Source of the DNA: Botryllus schlosseri
Lineage: Eukaryota
Assembly: GCA_051294905.1 (NCBI GenBank)
Contig: CM119373.1
Coordinates: forward strand, 12,152,001-12,216,000
Direction of reading: 5' to 3'
DNA length: 64,000 nt
Shown here one piece after another: positions 12,301 through 26,800 of the stretch. The translations under genes and the position numbers were made by a program. Under the pieces are notes generated by a model, which was not told where the DNA came from, made no database searches, and saw nothing but the letters and a program-made list of their open reading frames with translations. Position 1 is the stretch's first letter. Every line of letters starts with the position of its first letter.

Positions 12301-13973
12301 TACTAACAGTGCGTTGAGGCCCAGAAAGCCCAGAAACAGAGTAAGCCACGCTCTCATAAAGTCGGCAGCAGATACCCGAAGAAGTACGCATGCAAGTGAA
12401 AGAGGAATATGTGTGAGTGCGCGTGAATGAAAGTCGTCCAATGAGAAAGTTGCATGAAGCTGAAGATACTGAACCGCCAGTCAATGAAACTGTTCTGTAC
12501 AAATATCTGTGTCGTGACGCACAAGGCTAAACGGCGATAAGCGTCACTGTTAATACCTGTGTGTAATAATAATAATAACCGGACAGCAGCAACGAATGCA
12601 GGTTGTTAGAAACATGGCACTAAGCTGCGTTGAGAGTAAGAAAATCAATCCGTGTCAAAAGATACAATACGTAATTGGCAGGCTAGTAATTCACGGCTAT
12701 CTGCTACCGAATGATAATGTTGTTCACTCCTTTGGCATTGTACAGGACGTCGAGCCATTATAATGGAACCCCCGCCATTTCAAGAAGACCGTGGATGGCA
12801 TTCTGTAGTTTCGCCTGTATACGCAGGGTGCCATATCCTCAGTGTTGTGATTCGATTACATGTTTGTATACTACTAATTAAATTTGAGGATATCATTTTA
12901 AGGGTTTATATATATATTGATAGTTTCGGCGGTAATTTTTCGGCCAAGATTCGATATGGTAACACACTTTGCGAAGTCGCATGTTGGCCGAAACTTCAAA
13001 AGTCGCGATGTGTCGTGGAGCCGTAATGGCCAGCGCTAAATTGCCAATATGTATTTTATAAATGATGCGAATTTTTTGGGGGGCAAACATTCAATTACGT
13101 GAAATCGCGCGGAACGCGTGGAAAATTTTGAAACGTACTAGGTTTCCATCAACATTTATCTCCCCCTGAGCGTTTCCGCCCCTTTCAAAATCGCCAGCGC
13201 CCTTAGGGGGGGGGGGGCTGGAGGCAGGGTTAAGAACCACTGATTTAGATTATTGATCGCTTTCCATAGACTAGAATTATTTTGCGCATAATTTCGAAGA
13301 AATCGCTCGCGGCACACTTGCAAGACGTGAATGGCACATTAGTGTGCCGCGGCACACTGGCTGAGAACCACTGCTATAGCCTATATTAAAAACCTACTTC
13401 GTAATCGCTGCACCGGTCGACACACGGATTGGCCGTAAATTCAGGATACTACGAACCTAAGAGCTTTAGTTCTTTCATCGATCACTTACAACTATAATAC
13501 GTTTACATTTATTATAGATAAACTCCATTTTTTATTTTATATCAACAATATATTCAACATATAATAATGGACAAAAACATATAAATATATACACACTACA
13601 CACTCTACCTCGTCCACATACCGTAAAGTGCGATATAAGAATTCGCTATTGCATAAGTGCATTATCATCCCTTGGCTACATGGCCTACTACATGATATCG
13701 GATTTGTGGGCTCAGAGAAACGAAAATGTTTATTTAAATTGATGCTTTGAATGTCCCTGTCAGCGCTAACTGTCAATTTTGTTCATCGACACCTTTACAC
13801 TGCATGGTATTCGCGTACTATCAACCCGCATCACTGAAAGAAACTCATGCCAATTCTGTTTTGAAACAAAACCACCTTGGTGTTTGATGATGAGTAACCC
13901 ACAGCAAATTTCAGAACATTCCATTCGTTTCGACATTGCTGTCTTTCTACTTTCAATCAACTGCGGTATCAAT

Positions 13974-14369
13974 AGGGTTGCATTTAAGACAAAGATCAAA
14001 TTTTAACATGTTTAAAACAAGAACCTAATTTAAAACATTTTTTTAAGCCATGAAGTGACGACTATTCAACCGTGACGTCATAGTGGATTGACATCAACAA
14101 TTGAAAATATAAGGTGAATATAGCTCCTTTGACGAAATATCTGTTCTATTAATGTTGAACCGACTATTTTGAGGGTTCCAACAATCCCATATCCATATTA
14201 CATCGGCTATATCGGGTTGTAATTGCCCGTAGGCACATACAACATGTTTTTGGCAAGTATTTTCACAATTATGGCATAATTTTACAACTTGAAAAAAAAA
14301 ACAATTTTTTTAAAGGCCTGTGTTTTAGACAAAGTGTTTTAAAACAACGTTCGTCTTAAATGCAACCCT
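13974..14369. mobile_element. MITE family H (AGGGTTGCATTT TIR)
   Basis: TIR AGGGTTGCATTTAA...; a second copy with conserved interior at 50208-50602. No clear TSD. Confidence 0.75.
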
Positions 14370-14504
14370 CGGAATGAACGGAATAAAGAGATATCCATTA
14401 TCGTTTAAGATTCCCGTCACCTCTGATATAAGCATACAGGTATACAATATACATGGTCCAACTGTTTCAAGTGTCATTATCATTATCCTCGAAAGTGTCC
14501 TGAA

Positions 14505-16756
14505 TGGTGACTTTATCATCATTGCCCCAATAAGTCCAGAAATTCCGGCGTCACGAAGAATTGACGAAGGTCTCGCGACAGATGAGCGTTTTCGCGTTCA
14601 TGCCATAAAGCCGGTGCAACAAGCATACGTCGTCCACGAGTAAACACCGTTGAATAACTTCAAGAGATCGCAATGCGAGTCAAACAATTTCACATCAGGT
14701 TCCATGTAGTCGCAATGTATGTTTCTGATACATCGTAAAAATGTCTTCATATCTGACGAAGTATATTCCTCCTGGCCTTCTTTTTCATCAATATCCTTTA
14801 ACATTCGGTAAGAGCAGTCGGCCTCATTCGTCGTGAATTATGACGCGTCAAAAATCCTTTCAGAGTTTTCACCCAAGACAGATCTGGATATATTTCTTTA
14901 CGAGACTTCCTGAACCTATGTAATATTGTTTTCAAAACATTCATTCGAGCCGTCGAAACGAGTATCCGGTGCATTTCTAGTGCCATCGGATTTCACCCCA
15001 GATTCTTCTGCGGCCTTCCTCTCATTCGTTTCAGGCCTCTTAGACGTATTACCTGTATTGAAATTTTCCCGTAATTATATTCCTTCCACCATCCGAACTC
15101 TATACAAGTAGCCATCCATTCGAGTGATGAAAGACATCGCTTTGTGCTCATCCCAAAAGAATGGGTGTTTCAGTATATCTGCTGTTTCTGGCTTGTCCAT
15201 GTCCATTTGCGTGATAAGGTATACACCCAAGTACGCGTCGCAGTCTGCCGTTAAACATTCACACGCTAGGATCTTAAGTCTATGTATCCAGGATTTCGGT
15301 AAGGCTCCATAATGTTTCATGGAATCCACATCCGACATCGATTTGAAATCATCGCCGAAATCCAAACTTGAGGGTTTTTCATCTTCTTCCATATCAGCTT
15401 TCGAATCCCCTTTTAAGCATTTTTAAAACGTTTTGGCAGTCATTTTTATTTCCATTTCATCATATTCCGCAATCTTCAAACGTTTCCCATCACGCTACAC
15501 GAGCATATTGTCGAGTGTTTGGTTTTCGTGTATGATGGACATACTGTGCATATCGTTAAAACCTAGAAGATTATGCTTGAAACAAAGTTTAATGTTCTCA
15601 TGATCAATGCGAAACTTTTCCCCTTTGTCAAAGAACACATCTAGCGTGCCGAGAGAGCAGCCCTCCATTGCTATCCAGATGTCCCTTCCCGCCGTAACTT
15701 CTGAGGCAGCGAGGTATTCTGTGGTATATTGCACGCCCGCCAATATCGCTAACTCAATCAGATCATGTATTCTTTTGGTTCTTCCGGTTTCTTACTCATC
15801 TTTTCCTGGAAAAAATCTTTTCACCGCAATCCTCGTACAATCTTCAAAATCCTCCTCCCCGTCACATGAGAATCCGAAATGGATGTGCCTCCTACTATTA
15901 TTCTTGCTTTCGCTATTCGCATTAGTCATCCTCGAAAGATCTATTACTAGCTTCACATCCTCGAGTCCGTGCGCCCCGTAGATACCGACGAAACCATGCT
16001 TTTTCGTTGTTTTAAATAAAGTGATGAGCGGATAGTGCTTTTCGAAACTCTGAATCCCTCCGACAACTTTAGTGTCTGAGGAAAACTCCCTCCGACTCCG
16101 AAGAGTTCCATCCCAGACTCCGAGATACTCCGATGAATCTCGTCAAGTATCCGAAACAGTGGCAAACATGGTACACTTGGTAATGTGTTTTGCTAAATTA
16201 ATGTGATAATAGGGTTGGCCTCATAGTATTGTCTACTTTCCAGACTCCAGTCCCCAATTGCAGTGCAGATAGCTGGTTTTTATGCACTTAGCAATCATTT
16301 TTGCATGTTACCCGTCATATTACAACTTTACAAGGTGTCAACTGTCTGCTTTTTGGTTTGTAATCATAATCAAGAGTGTATTCTGGTTAGAGCTATCCAA
16401 AGATATCGGAGAGAAAAGTTACAATACTCCGAAATTCTCCGAAAAAATACATGTGGTAAACTCCGAATCCGCTCCGACTGTCACAAAATCGGCAAAACTC
16501 CGCTCCAAATACACTCCGACTCCGCTCCGATGCCCACGGCAGGTCAGAACCTGGTAGTATTAAAACAAGTTGTTTGACGAGGCAAGATAGTCTCTTGATC
16601 ACGAATTCGATTTCCGTCCTTGTCATACAATAACCCGTAATATAAAATGCAATCGTCGTCCTTATCCCACTCCCAGGATTCGTTGATCTTTGGACCTTGC
16701 GCCTTTGGTAGAATACCTGCAGCAAAAAAGTCATTTCCTAGATCAGTGACTCTCAT
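14505..16756 (-). pseudogene. Intronless IRE1/RNase L-like pseudokinase + KEN ribonuclease, decayed
   Basis: One frame from ~16060 to ~14930 gives RIAVKRF, IWIAMEGCSLGTL, IIHENQTLDNMLV, LKIAEYDM and ILKHPFFWDEHKAMSF, with 5 in-frame stops. After a frameshift comes KEN-like YTSSDMKTFLRCIRNIHCDY. An ACTCCGA-repeat MITE (~16070-16540) separates a probable 5' ORF (16544-16756); that join is inferred. Confidence 0.75.
16070..16540. mobile_element. Probable MITE with ACTCCGA subterminal repeats
   Basis: Clusters of (A)CTCCGA repeats at 16085-16132 and 16426-16530 around an AT-rich core; interrupts the kinase-KEN reading frame. Ends are not precisely defined. Confidence 0.5.
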
Positions 16757-17448
16757 ACTTTATTAGACACGCCCCATTGAGGACAGTAAAAAATTTCCCG
16801 CCCCTTATCGTCATATCAAAAACATGTTGAAAAGAACCACCAGAATTTTTCCAATTCCCGCGCATCGTTTGATGGCATATGGAAGGTTATGACTGATGAG
16901 AGAATTACGACATACGAGATTCAGATTATACACAGAGCAAGAACTAAGAGCTGGAAATCGCTCCCAGCGCGAAAACCTGTTCACTTGAATATTTCGTCAA
17001 AGATAATAGTGCGCGATGGTAGCACGTATTATTTAGATATCGTAGTTTCTACTACAGGGGCGGGCAACTTCTCCAGTCGGCGGGCCGGATGTAGGAAAAT
17101 TAAGTACTTGGCGGGCCGGATACGGATAGCTGAATTGATACAATATTCGCCCATTTATGCACATATACCAGGAATAAATCACATGTAATGAATGTATTAT
17201 AACGACAGCAATGTCATTTCAAAACTACGTCTAGCCGATAATGACGAAGACAATGTGGATTCAAGGCGTTCGATAAGACCGGTAACCCAAATTTACCAAG
17301 ATATCAATTCATTAGGGTTGAGTACATCGTAAAAGCCGATAATGCATGTCTTCTCGCTTCTACGAAGTTACGCGTAAGTAAATAGAAGCGTTACGACTTG
17401 CATTATAGGCATTTACGGTTCTATACCAATACCGAGAACGGTATAGAA

Positions 17449-17694
17449 CAGTGGTTCTCAACCTGAGGGGCACACGTGAAAGCATCTGAAGGGGCGCGCT
17501 CTATATATGGACCGAATGTCATATTTTTTAATTCTCATATCAATAGTCATAACCTTCCATGCCACCGAACAATCTGTTGGGGTCGCTAGCATCCCGGGTC
17601 GTCCCGGTTGGATTTTGTGATATGATGATGAGGGGGCACGAAATTATTCACTATCATAAAGGGGGCGTGTCTAAAAAAAGGTTGAGAACCACTG
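17449..17694. mobile_element. Charlie-type hAT MITE
   Basis: TIR CAGTGGTTCTCAACCT/AGGTTGAGAACCACTG; both flanks fit the nTnTAGAn target consensus. Preceded by a partial family-G MITE from 17055. Confidence 0.8.
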
Positions 17695-20498
17695 ATCTAG
17701 ATTGATTCAGTGAAGTTATTATACACATTGATTCAACCCGAAAAGTGTACATAATGTCAACAGTCTATGTTGGGTGTCAGAAGCTCCGCATGCTATTCTT
17801 AATGATATGTGGACCGTTGGTTGAAAGTTTGGGTATAATATCAAGCATTTCACACGATTTGAGGGTAACTCTGGTAACGTATCGTGTTGTAAACAAGGAA
17901 ATGGAGCATGCATGAGTTAACTGTTAGACCTCTGATTACTTACACACATACACTAAATAATGCAAGTCATATGTGGAGGTATTATACTAATTTAACATAT
18001 ACACAAGAAATATATATTGTAAGCGTGTGTCCGTAAATGTACACTTCTGACACAGTCTTCGCGCACAGAAAATCTGTGCTGGGCACAAGCACAAAAATCC
18101 AACCTGAGTCGAAAATCAACTTAAAGACATTAAAATTCGTTCTGTGCTATTTTTCAATGTGAGTCAGTAAGTGACATGTGACTAGCTTTTCCAGCCAATT
18201 ACGCAATATACATACGTATTCGAACGGATAATCAACGTCATTGGACACATTTATATGGTGAAGTCTCTTCATGTGACATCATTGCCGAAGCGTTGCAAAT
18301 AAAATCGGGTTTGTATGGGCAGACTTGTAGCAGCTCAAGCGATATCGCAATTCGGAATTGCGCTCGGGGATAATGTTACGCCAGCTTCAACAACAAGAAA
18401 TACGTTTACGCAGTACTAGAATGTCGAAGCACACCTTGCTCATTTGCCGCAATCAAAGGCTCAAAGAGCCGAATGTGGCTCAATGAACTGCAGTCTACCC
18501 ACCAATGCTATATCGCAATGTGAATCAACCAGCAATTTATGGAAGTCGTTAGTGAGCTTCCGTTAGAAAAATTACCGGAACCACTACGTATAGCGACGAC
18601 AGTGTATCGATTTAACCGTATCGATTTAAATGACGAGCGAAGGTTAGTTGCTTCAATCAAAATGCTTTGATTTGCTTCAAATGCTGTATTTCTGTATGAC
18701 GCCAAATCTATAGATAACACTATCTGCTATCTACTTTTCACACGACAAGTGCTACCAAAGTGCTGTCAGTTTCGAGCTTTCTCAGTTGCAAGCCAGGATT
18801 GCAGTGGGCTGAATTTTGGATATCACGTGAACATTGGCTATAGCAATGCTCATTTCCTGAGAATTATTTATATTTTGTGATAATGCTAATGCTTGAGAAT
18901 CCAATTATTGCAGGGTGTCTTAAACTGGTGTCCGCGAACTAGTTTGAGGGGCTATGTGAACGGGCAATGTTGAAATACCTTATAAAAGCAACTGCAAAGC
19001 CCGATTATTATCCTTCGGGAATGACGTCGTCGGTGAGACTTAATTCATGCCTGCTGAAGCCACCAAAAATGTCATCACTCTTTGGATTTTTTAACATAGA
19101 AGGTTGATTTGGCATTGGTCTACATCACTTGAACGAGAGAAATCGTGGTGGCAACTAACGGTTGCTGTTGTTGATTGTAGTATTGATCAACTAAAATGGA
19201 CATCATCACACCATGTGCCGATTTTCTATACTTTGATTCTATGTCTGATGACGTGTAGCACGGGTCACAAATTTGCTTTTTAAGACAGCAGTTGCTCGGA
19301 TGACATGGATAGAAGGAGCCTAGGTAAACCGCCAGCAAGTAGGTAGGAATTCCGGAGACGCCCTCGGTCGGACTCCAGCCCATTGGTGTTGTAGCTGTGA
19401 ATCATACTACTATGCTACCTCGACACACAGGAAACCGATGGTAATAGTTTCGTGTCGCGGTAACTAAAGATGTACTTTCAAAAACTCCGCCTTTAATGCC
19501 TTGGCGTGTGCACATTCTACTTCTAAATAAGTAGCATTTACGACATTAAATTCTTACTTCTACTTCTACTGGCGTAGCAATGCCGACTACTTTGAGCTAC
19601 ACTGAGATTTGGACCATCTTCATGCTTGGATCCGTTATCTACTCCAGCTCTTCTGGTACGTATGATTTGTGGTCGACTTTAAACCGGAATGACGCATCTT
19701 TTTCTTCAGCGTCATTTTGCGTAAGACGATTTGTCGACGGTAAATGGATCTCGAAGGGGGAATGTGGAGTCGGTACCAGTAGTTTTGCGCCTCGCTAATT
19801 GTTACTTTAGCATACTTTTCCTGAAGGGTCCGGCAAGAATGCCGAAGATACTGCGGGAAGTTCAACTTAAAGCAAACGACGAAAAAGAATGGATTGTGAG
19901 TGGTTTTGAAACTGTGAAAGTTTCCGTTGAACCACAATAATATAATCGGACGCTCAAACATTTTCATCCGCTCAAGACACACAAACACAATGCGATACAA
20001 TGTAGATATAGTAGGATATCGAAACGAAAAATCGCGGCCTATCATTCCAACATCGATCTGGGCTTACTGCCATTATAATAATATATTAATGGTCGAAGAA
20101 TCAGTGTTCAATCTTGATCACTCGACTGTCATTTATCAAACACTTTATCGATTTTTTCACTTTGGTCTATCTCTGAGCATTTTTGCCGTGACGCTTTACG
20201 ATCAACGTGATGATTGACGTCTAGATGGAAAGGCCCATTCACAATTAAAGGGTCGAAATATCTGACAATTCATAAATTTAACGATTGCTTAACTTCGTTT
20301 GAAGGTTTGTCAGCGAAGAATTCGTGGAGACGAAGATTTCTCATGAAATTGGGACGACTACGTCAAAGGATTCGGAGATCCCGCTGGAGATTTTTGGCTC
20401 GGTATGACGATTTGTAGCTGGATTTGACTTCGCAAATACCTATTGTAACATACCTGAACTGCTGAATGTGGCAATCGAAGGAAAATATCGCATAAAGT

Positions 20499-21449
20499 AA
20501 GTATTGGGATGACTCGAGTCAACTTTTTCGTATGCCTTGACTTGACTCGAGTCACTTTTCAAAAATTACTTGACTTGACTTGACTCAGCCCTTCAAAAAA
20601 TGTGAATTGACTCGTGACTCGGAGCAAAACGTACGAGTCAATTTCAAGTCACCAAGAGCACAGTATCGATTCAATCACCGTATGGTAGGCTATGTATGTT
20701 ACGATTTCTTGCGATACGCCGGTGTCACTGGTGAGAGCAACGAGTCATTCACTGATTGTACGTCTCACTGGACCTTCACACATTGCTGCATGACAAATAA
20801 ATTGACCGCAAACGACATGATCACAGCTTACGTTGTCGTAGTAGAAGTAAAATATTCTAATTGTAACGTACCTCTGTTTCTTAGAGGTCTCGGTGCTTAC
20901 ATTGCGCAGTGCCCCCATTTACCAACGCTATTGTATAGCTTGAGTCGAAGGAATATAGTTTATGCGTTTATATTCTTGTGGATGTGTAGATGTGTAGTGT
21001 ATTGTACCGTATCAATTTGTATCAACTTCTCGAGGCTTCTTGGGTTTTTATTCGATCCTCTAGTTTGACTGATAACACCAGACTGTGGCAGGCAGCTATA
21101 CAGTTACGCAAAGGTATTTTATTAGCAGTTCTAGGTGTGCGTGAGCGACACAACGCATTTTTGCATGTATATCTACCTTTATATTCGTAGTTTGATTCAA
21201 GATTAATCGTCTATTAATCTGTTTTTCCCACAAATAGCAAAATTTCATGACTTTGAATCACCACCCGTTCTTTGAAAATTCAATTTTGACTTGACTCGTA
21301 TCTTGACTTGACTCAAGTCACCTAAAAAAAACGATTGACTTGACTTGACTCGATTCCCCTTGGCAAATCGACTGACTTGACTCGAGTCACAATATGCAAT
21401 GACTCGAGATGACTCTTGACTCGAATGTAGTGATTTTATCCCAACACTT
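20499..21449. mobile_element. hAT-type MITE family B (in FReD intron)
   Basis: TIR AAGTATTGGGAT/ATCCCAACACTT; TSD CATAAAGT/CATAAAGC; GACTCGAGTC/TTGAC repeats; inverted relative to the copy at 31095-32071. Confidence 0.8.
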
Positions 21450-22437
21450 CATAAAGCATAAAGCATACGCCCCATATGTCACACCTGGCCTGTCAGACAA
21501 TTTTGTCTGAACTGCAAAGCAATTTTGAGAAAAAGAAAAATATTTGTGTTATCTAGCACATTTCTAACAAAAGTTGAGATTTTCAGTTGGAAATGCGTTG
21601 TGAGTCAAAATGTTTAGCTATATTCTCCAGCGTGTCAATTTTATTTATAAATTGAAAGAAGGTAATTATAATTGTAAATAGATCCTGGTCAGCGGATGCG
21701 TTGATATAAGATAATGACAAAATGACGGTTAATTACCAAAATTATTAACGTATTTACTTTCCGTCACAATTCGGCACAATGTTAAACATGATATATTTTG
21801 AACTCTCTTTAAACATCCCCGTTTCTATATTAAGACATTAAAAGGTATTTGGGATACTACAAAGCTTATTGTCTGGATCGCTGCCTTTCGAACAGTGTGC
21901 GGCTTCGCGAAATCACCTTTTAGTTGAGCGAAGCTTGCAGGTCTTTTGAAATTCGCCCTCCCTTGACCGAGTGTCTCTCATCGTGGTTTTGTCATACGAC
22001 AGACTTAAATTATACTCTTCAAACACGGTGACCTGCTCGGCTCAAACTAAAATGCCGGGTTTGTCACTGACTCCATTAAAAAAATGTTTAGTGCTTCATA
22101 CCGTTTGATTTAAACTATACGGAAAGAGTTACTTCTTGTGACTTTAATCGTTACGGCATACTTTGCTACATTGGCTTTATCTTGAATCTGAATTACGCAT
22201 GCGAGGAACGTAGGTGGCGTAATCGCGGCATATTAATGAACAATGAGCGGGCTTCAAAGTAGACCAATATCCGTTCAGGTTCAGATTATACAGCCTATGG
22301 TTTTATTTCACGCAAACATATTCAAAAGTAGGTTTTCTGTTATTAATTCCAAGAAACTTGCGCGGATGCTAAAAATGGCTCCACGGGCCACATTTGGCCT
22401 GCGAGCCGCCCTTTGTCCAGGTCTGCTCTATAGTCAC

Positions 22438-23865
22438 TAGGGCTCGTGCCAACGTGAGGTTCCCGTACATGTTCGGTGTCCGAACGTCAGAAATTCGGAG
22501 GTTCGCGTTTGCAAACGAACCTTGATATGTTCTACAGCAGACTTATAGGCAAAGTGCGGCCCGCGACTCTATTCTGAGCGCCCCGCGATCATGGAACATG
22601 AAAATTTCTATTGAATGTTAATCCGAGGACTCAAATCACAGTCTATATAAACTGAACCAGACGTCCGTTCATTATGAAACCTGTTTACATATTTCCGCCA
22701 TTACGTAGAATACGTACGTCATATGAGTAATCAAGATTCAAAATAAAGCCAATGTTGCTAAGTGTGCCGTAGCTATTGAAGTCACAAGAAGTCGTTGTTT
22801 ACATAAAGTTACATATAGTTTAGTTCAAAACCTTCCTAGTGGCTATTGCCATATCTACACGCTATATACTCCAAATTGTTATATGATAAATTTCCAAATT
22901 CCTAATTCGTAAAACAAGTCAATCAGGGCTCATGGGCAATGTGAGCATGTCAAAAAAATAAAGATGAGGGCCAACGGCTGAAATTCCAAGCAGATTCGGA
23001 TCACTAAGTATTTGTTTACTGCATAGAGTCAGAGCTGAATTCGTCCTATAACTTTGTGACGAGCAGGTCGTTATAAACTATAATTTAAGTGGGTATCATG
23101 ACAAGAAATCGAACATCATCCATCAACACAAGGCTATTTCATCAAGCTGCACACTGCCCGGGAGGCCAAGTCAACCTTAGTAGAATCCAAAATGCATTTA
23201 ATGCCTCAATAGAAAAACTTGTCGGAGGGTTAAAAGTAGGTTTAAATGTGTCATGTTTACGATTGTTTTGACTTCTGGCGGTGAACAAATACTCTATATT
23301 TGGTTTATCAACCGTCACGTTCTCATGGCCCCATAGCAATACACCCACTGATCAGAATGTATTAATAGTATAATTCCCTGCTGTCATATAAAAAATATGA
23401 TTAATACGCCGCAGAATATCGATAAATTTTTGACTCGGCCCGCCAACGTATTTTCTTCTTTTTATTTGTCCCGCGGGGAAAAATAATTGCCCACCCCTGC
23501 TCTACACTGTGGACTTTTCATAGAAATTACATATTTTTTAGGTATTTTATCATCATTGGGTAAAATCGTTTAAATTTCAACTTCAGGTCAATATCCGCAT
23601 GGCGGTGGCAGCATAGAATGAAATTTAACACAAGATTAAAACGAATTTTGCCAATTAAAAAAATTATTTGCCATGTTAGAAAAGTTTGAATAAAATATTC
23701 AGCTGGTCCGTCTGTGTATATATTTACTATCAATACGCGTGCAATTGTGTTGGAAATTAGAAATATGACGTCAGAGGTTCGGGTTCACGTTCGTGTTCAC
23801 AGCAAACCTTTTGTAATGGTTCGTTCACAAGAACCAGAATTGTTCAGGGGCTCGCACCATCCCTA
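22438..23865. mobile_element. hAT-type MITE family D (diverged, with internal insertions)
   Basis: Ends TAGGGCTCGTG.../...CACCATCCCTA and GGTTCACGTTC motifs shared with 37776-38387 and a partial copy at ~26140-26260. Confidence 0.6.
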
Positions 23866-26800
23866 GTCCCCATTAAAACATGTCGGTGACATTGACACAA
23901 AATTCCAAGTATGCACAATATTGCACATTCAGTTAAAAGTTTTCGGTAAAATGCATACCGAAAAAAGAGCCTGTCACTCAGGCGAAGACGCCAATCGGAA
24001 ATCGCTGTATGTAAGTTACATGGAGAATATCAACTTTACACTAAGATCGTATTTCAAATATTTGCGTTCGCACTGCTGTGCAATGTCTGAATCGAAAGGC
24101 TCCCGGAATCATTCGAGTGGTTCGGCCCGCAAGTGATAAAAATGCGTTAAAACGGCCTGCGATCCAAGTTGAGTTTGACATCTATGCAATACAGCATTTG
24201 GGCTGAAATTAATTTCGTCGTATGAACGTACGTTTGGTATGTCGGTGGTCATTAGTCTTTTCCTGTATCTGGAAAGTGACCGTTCGAATAATGTGAACTT
24301 AGATTCGGATTTCGGGCTTCATCAAAGCTCATTTTACTTTCGTTCACGTTTCGTACAGTATACCAACAATGCTGCCCACAATAGACAATTTTTTTGACAA
24401 TCTCCTTTGACCACAGGACTTGAGAAAATGCATCAAAGAACTAAGAACGGAGAAATGGAGCTGAAGATTGACATGATCACGACTTCTGAAGTTCGTTTGA
24501 TTGCTAAGTACAGGTAAACGCAAGAGATTTGGTACCATTGTCTGCATTTTGAATATATATGGCTTATGTAACCTACCTTTTAAATCACAAGCTTCGCCTC
24601 ATCATGACCATCTAATCTATATATCCCTTCTTCTTGCAAATTCTTTGAGATGACAAAATATGGACAATTGGCAAAAAAATGCACTAAAGAATCTGACATT
24701 GGGCAAAGCAACGAACTTGGTATGGACAACTCTCTCCAGTGATATTTCGTTGATGGTAATGCAAATTGTTATGCCCTATCGTCTGTGCTGCGTATCGGCT
24801 AATAAAGCTGTAAACTATAATACCCACTAAGCAGTGCTCAATCTGTTCAAATTACGTAGAAAATACCAACATTCCCGTAAGTATTATTGCAGTTAGGGTT
24901 TTGTTTCACAGACTTTCTCACCACTAATAAACGGTGGTCAGACACGAAACTCAGTGAGTAGTCAAATAGTATTTGTGTATATGCACGTAGTCAAGTATTC
25001 ATGGACTGCTTGCACTCTTTCTTCAACATTTGGTCGACCAAAGCGGCTGAGTTACTCACTAACTAGACATACGTTTCATTCAAAGTTGGAAGCAGTGTTT
25101 GATTATATTCGCATCAATTTTATAAGAGATGTTGTCACTTACACAACCGGGCCATGTATTTACTTTTCCACAGTAGCATGGTAGAATTCCGAAAATTGCT
25201 CCAATTTGTGGTTTGGTAATTTGGTATTGGTCGCGATGATGAATCTTGCAATTTGTAAATAATGTTCCTTCGCTTTTATATATTATTAATAATGTTGTCT
25301 AATGTAAAAAGTATAGCAGGCGTACGGGATCTATCTTGATTATATTTATTGTATCATAAAAACAAATCCCCCGGTAGGGGTGTTGTATACTATATAACAT
25401 AGTTTTACGGAAATATCTGTAGCAAGTAGAGAAACCTGTATTTAATTCTGATCAATATCAATAAAGCAATATAATCTGATGCCTTAACAATACATTGTCC
25501 GGTCTAACCTGGACCGTTAATGCGTTAGCGGGGATATAGCGTAGCGGGAACGGTAAGCGCCTACCGCCCAAGCGCCATGGATTCGATTGAGCGTCGGAGG
25601 TTATTTTGGGCTCCACTTCCCGCGCTTCGCTGTTCTTACGGCGACAAGAGAACAAACAGAATAGACCAGATGAAAGAGTGCACTCATAAGGAATGGAAAG
25701 AGCAAGAAAGGGCCGCAGACTAGAAAGTAATGTCGAAAAAAGGAAATGTGAATTCGGGCACTAGGCCGAGGGGGGATGCCAGTTTAAGAGACCGCTACTG
25801 GAACCGCAACTGGTCGTTTGGCATCCTCCTATCTGTTCATTACATGGCCGTGTGTCTTATCGCATTGTACATGTTATGTGTGTTTTTTCAGACGAAAATA
25901 TGATCTGACGATTATCGATTACCGAAAAGCTAATATTCCCTTGCTAGTCCTCGTCGAAATTGTTGGCAATGCGACGGAAAATAATGATTTTATGGAATTA
26001 TTGTAGAACTTGATTGTACCAGTTGATAGATTTGCTGATGCTTAAAAAGTCAGTTTTTACTTCAGCATTGTAGTATAATGTGGCCTGAGTCGACGCAAGT
26101 AATTTCATATATCACTTGACAGAAATGTTTCTTTGGAATTAGCAATATGACGTCACGTGACGTCATAGATTCGTGTTCAGGTTCTCGGCTACATAGAACC
26201 TTTCCGAAAGGTTTCCGTTCACACGAACCAAAACCTTTCTGGGGTTCACACCATCCCTAATACAAACCCTAGTTTCGACTCCGACACCGACCACTTCAGT
26301 ATAAAGTCAAGTGCTTCAAAAGGTCTCAGGAAATTGCAGTACCTTGTTCATTAAATTTTCTTACCGGTTAAAGCAATTATTCTCGTGACAGCATAAACAC
26401 GTATTTGAGAGGTCAAGGCAGTGGTGCTTCCAGGGTTAAGGGCTCGGACCCGTTTACAAAATCCTCAAATTTAAGTTGCTATAGCTTCAGCAACCAATAT
26501 CCCTCGCGAATTCGATGTACCCGGCCGGCATCGCGCTCTGCGTAATCTTGGAGTGCACCATACGTTAGTTGATCAAGATAATAGCAGACATGCGGACGCC
26601 TATATGACAAGCTAGTTTTCAAATACAAATTGTCTTCCATATATACGTTGAGGAATGAACTGCCTTGCAAGTGACATTCCAATTACAAGTCCAAATTACA
26701 AACAACGTTTCGCTATCCTCGTCAAAATTAATAAGTAGCTTTCCATTACCGCCGTAAAATGTAGGCGTGTAGTGCAACGTTTATGTTACCGCCGTATTGA

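Noticed and set aside
20344-20346. Selenocysteine recoding of the FReD TGA
   Set aside because: The position is normally Arg, not Cys; CGA>TGA explains it, and I saw no evident SECIS after 28464.
20580-21068. 162-aa ORF as a gene
   Set aside because: Lies wholly inside a TIR/TSD-defined MITE, has an atypical start and no recognisable domain.
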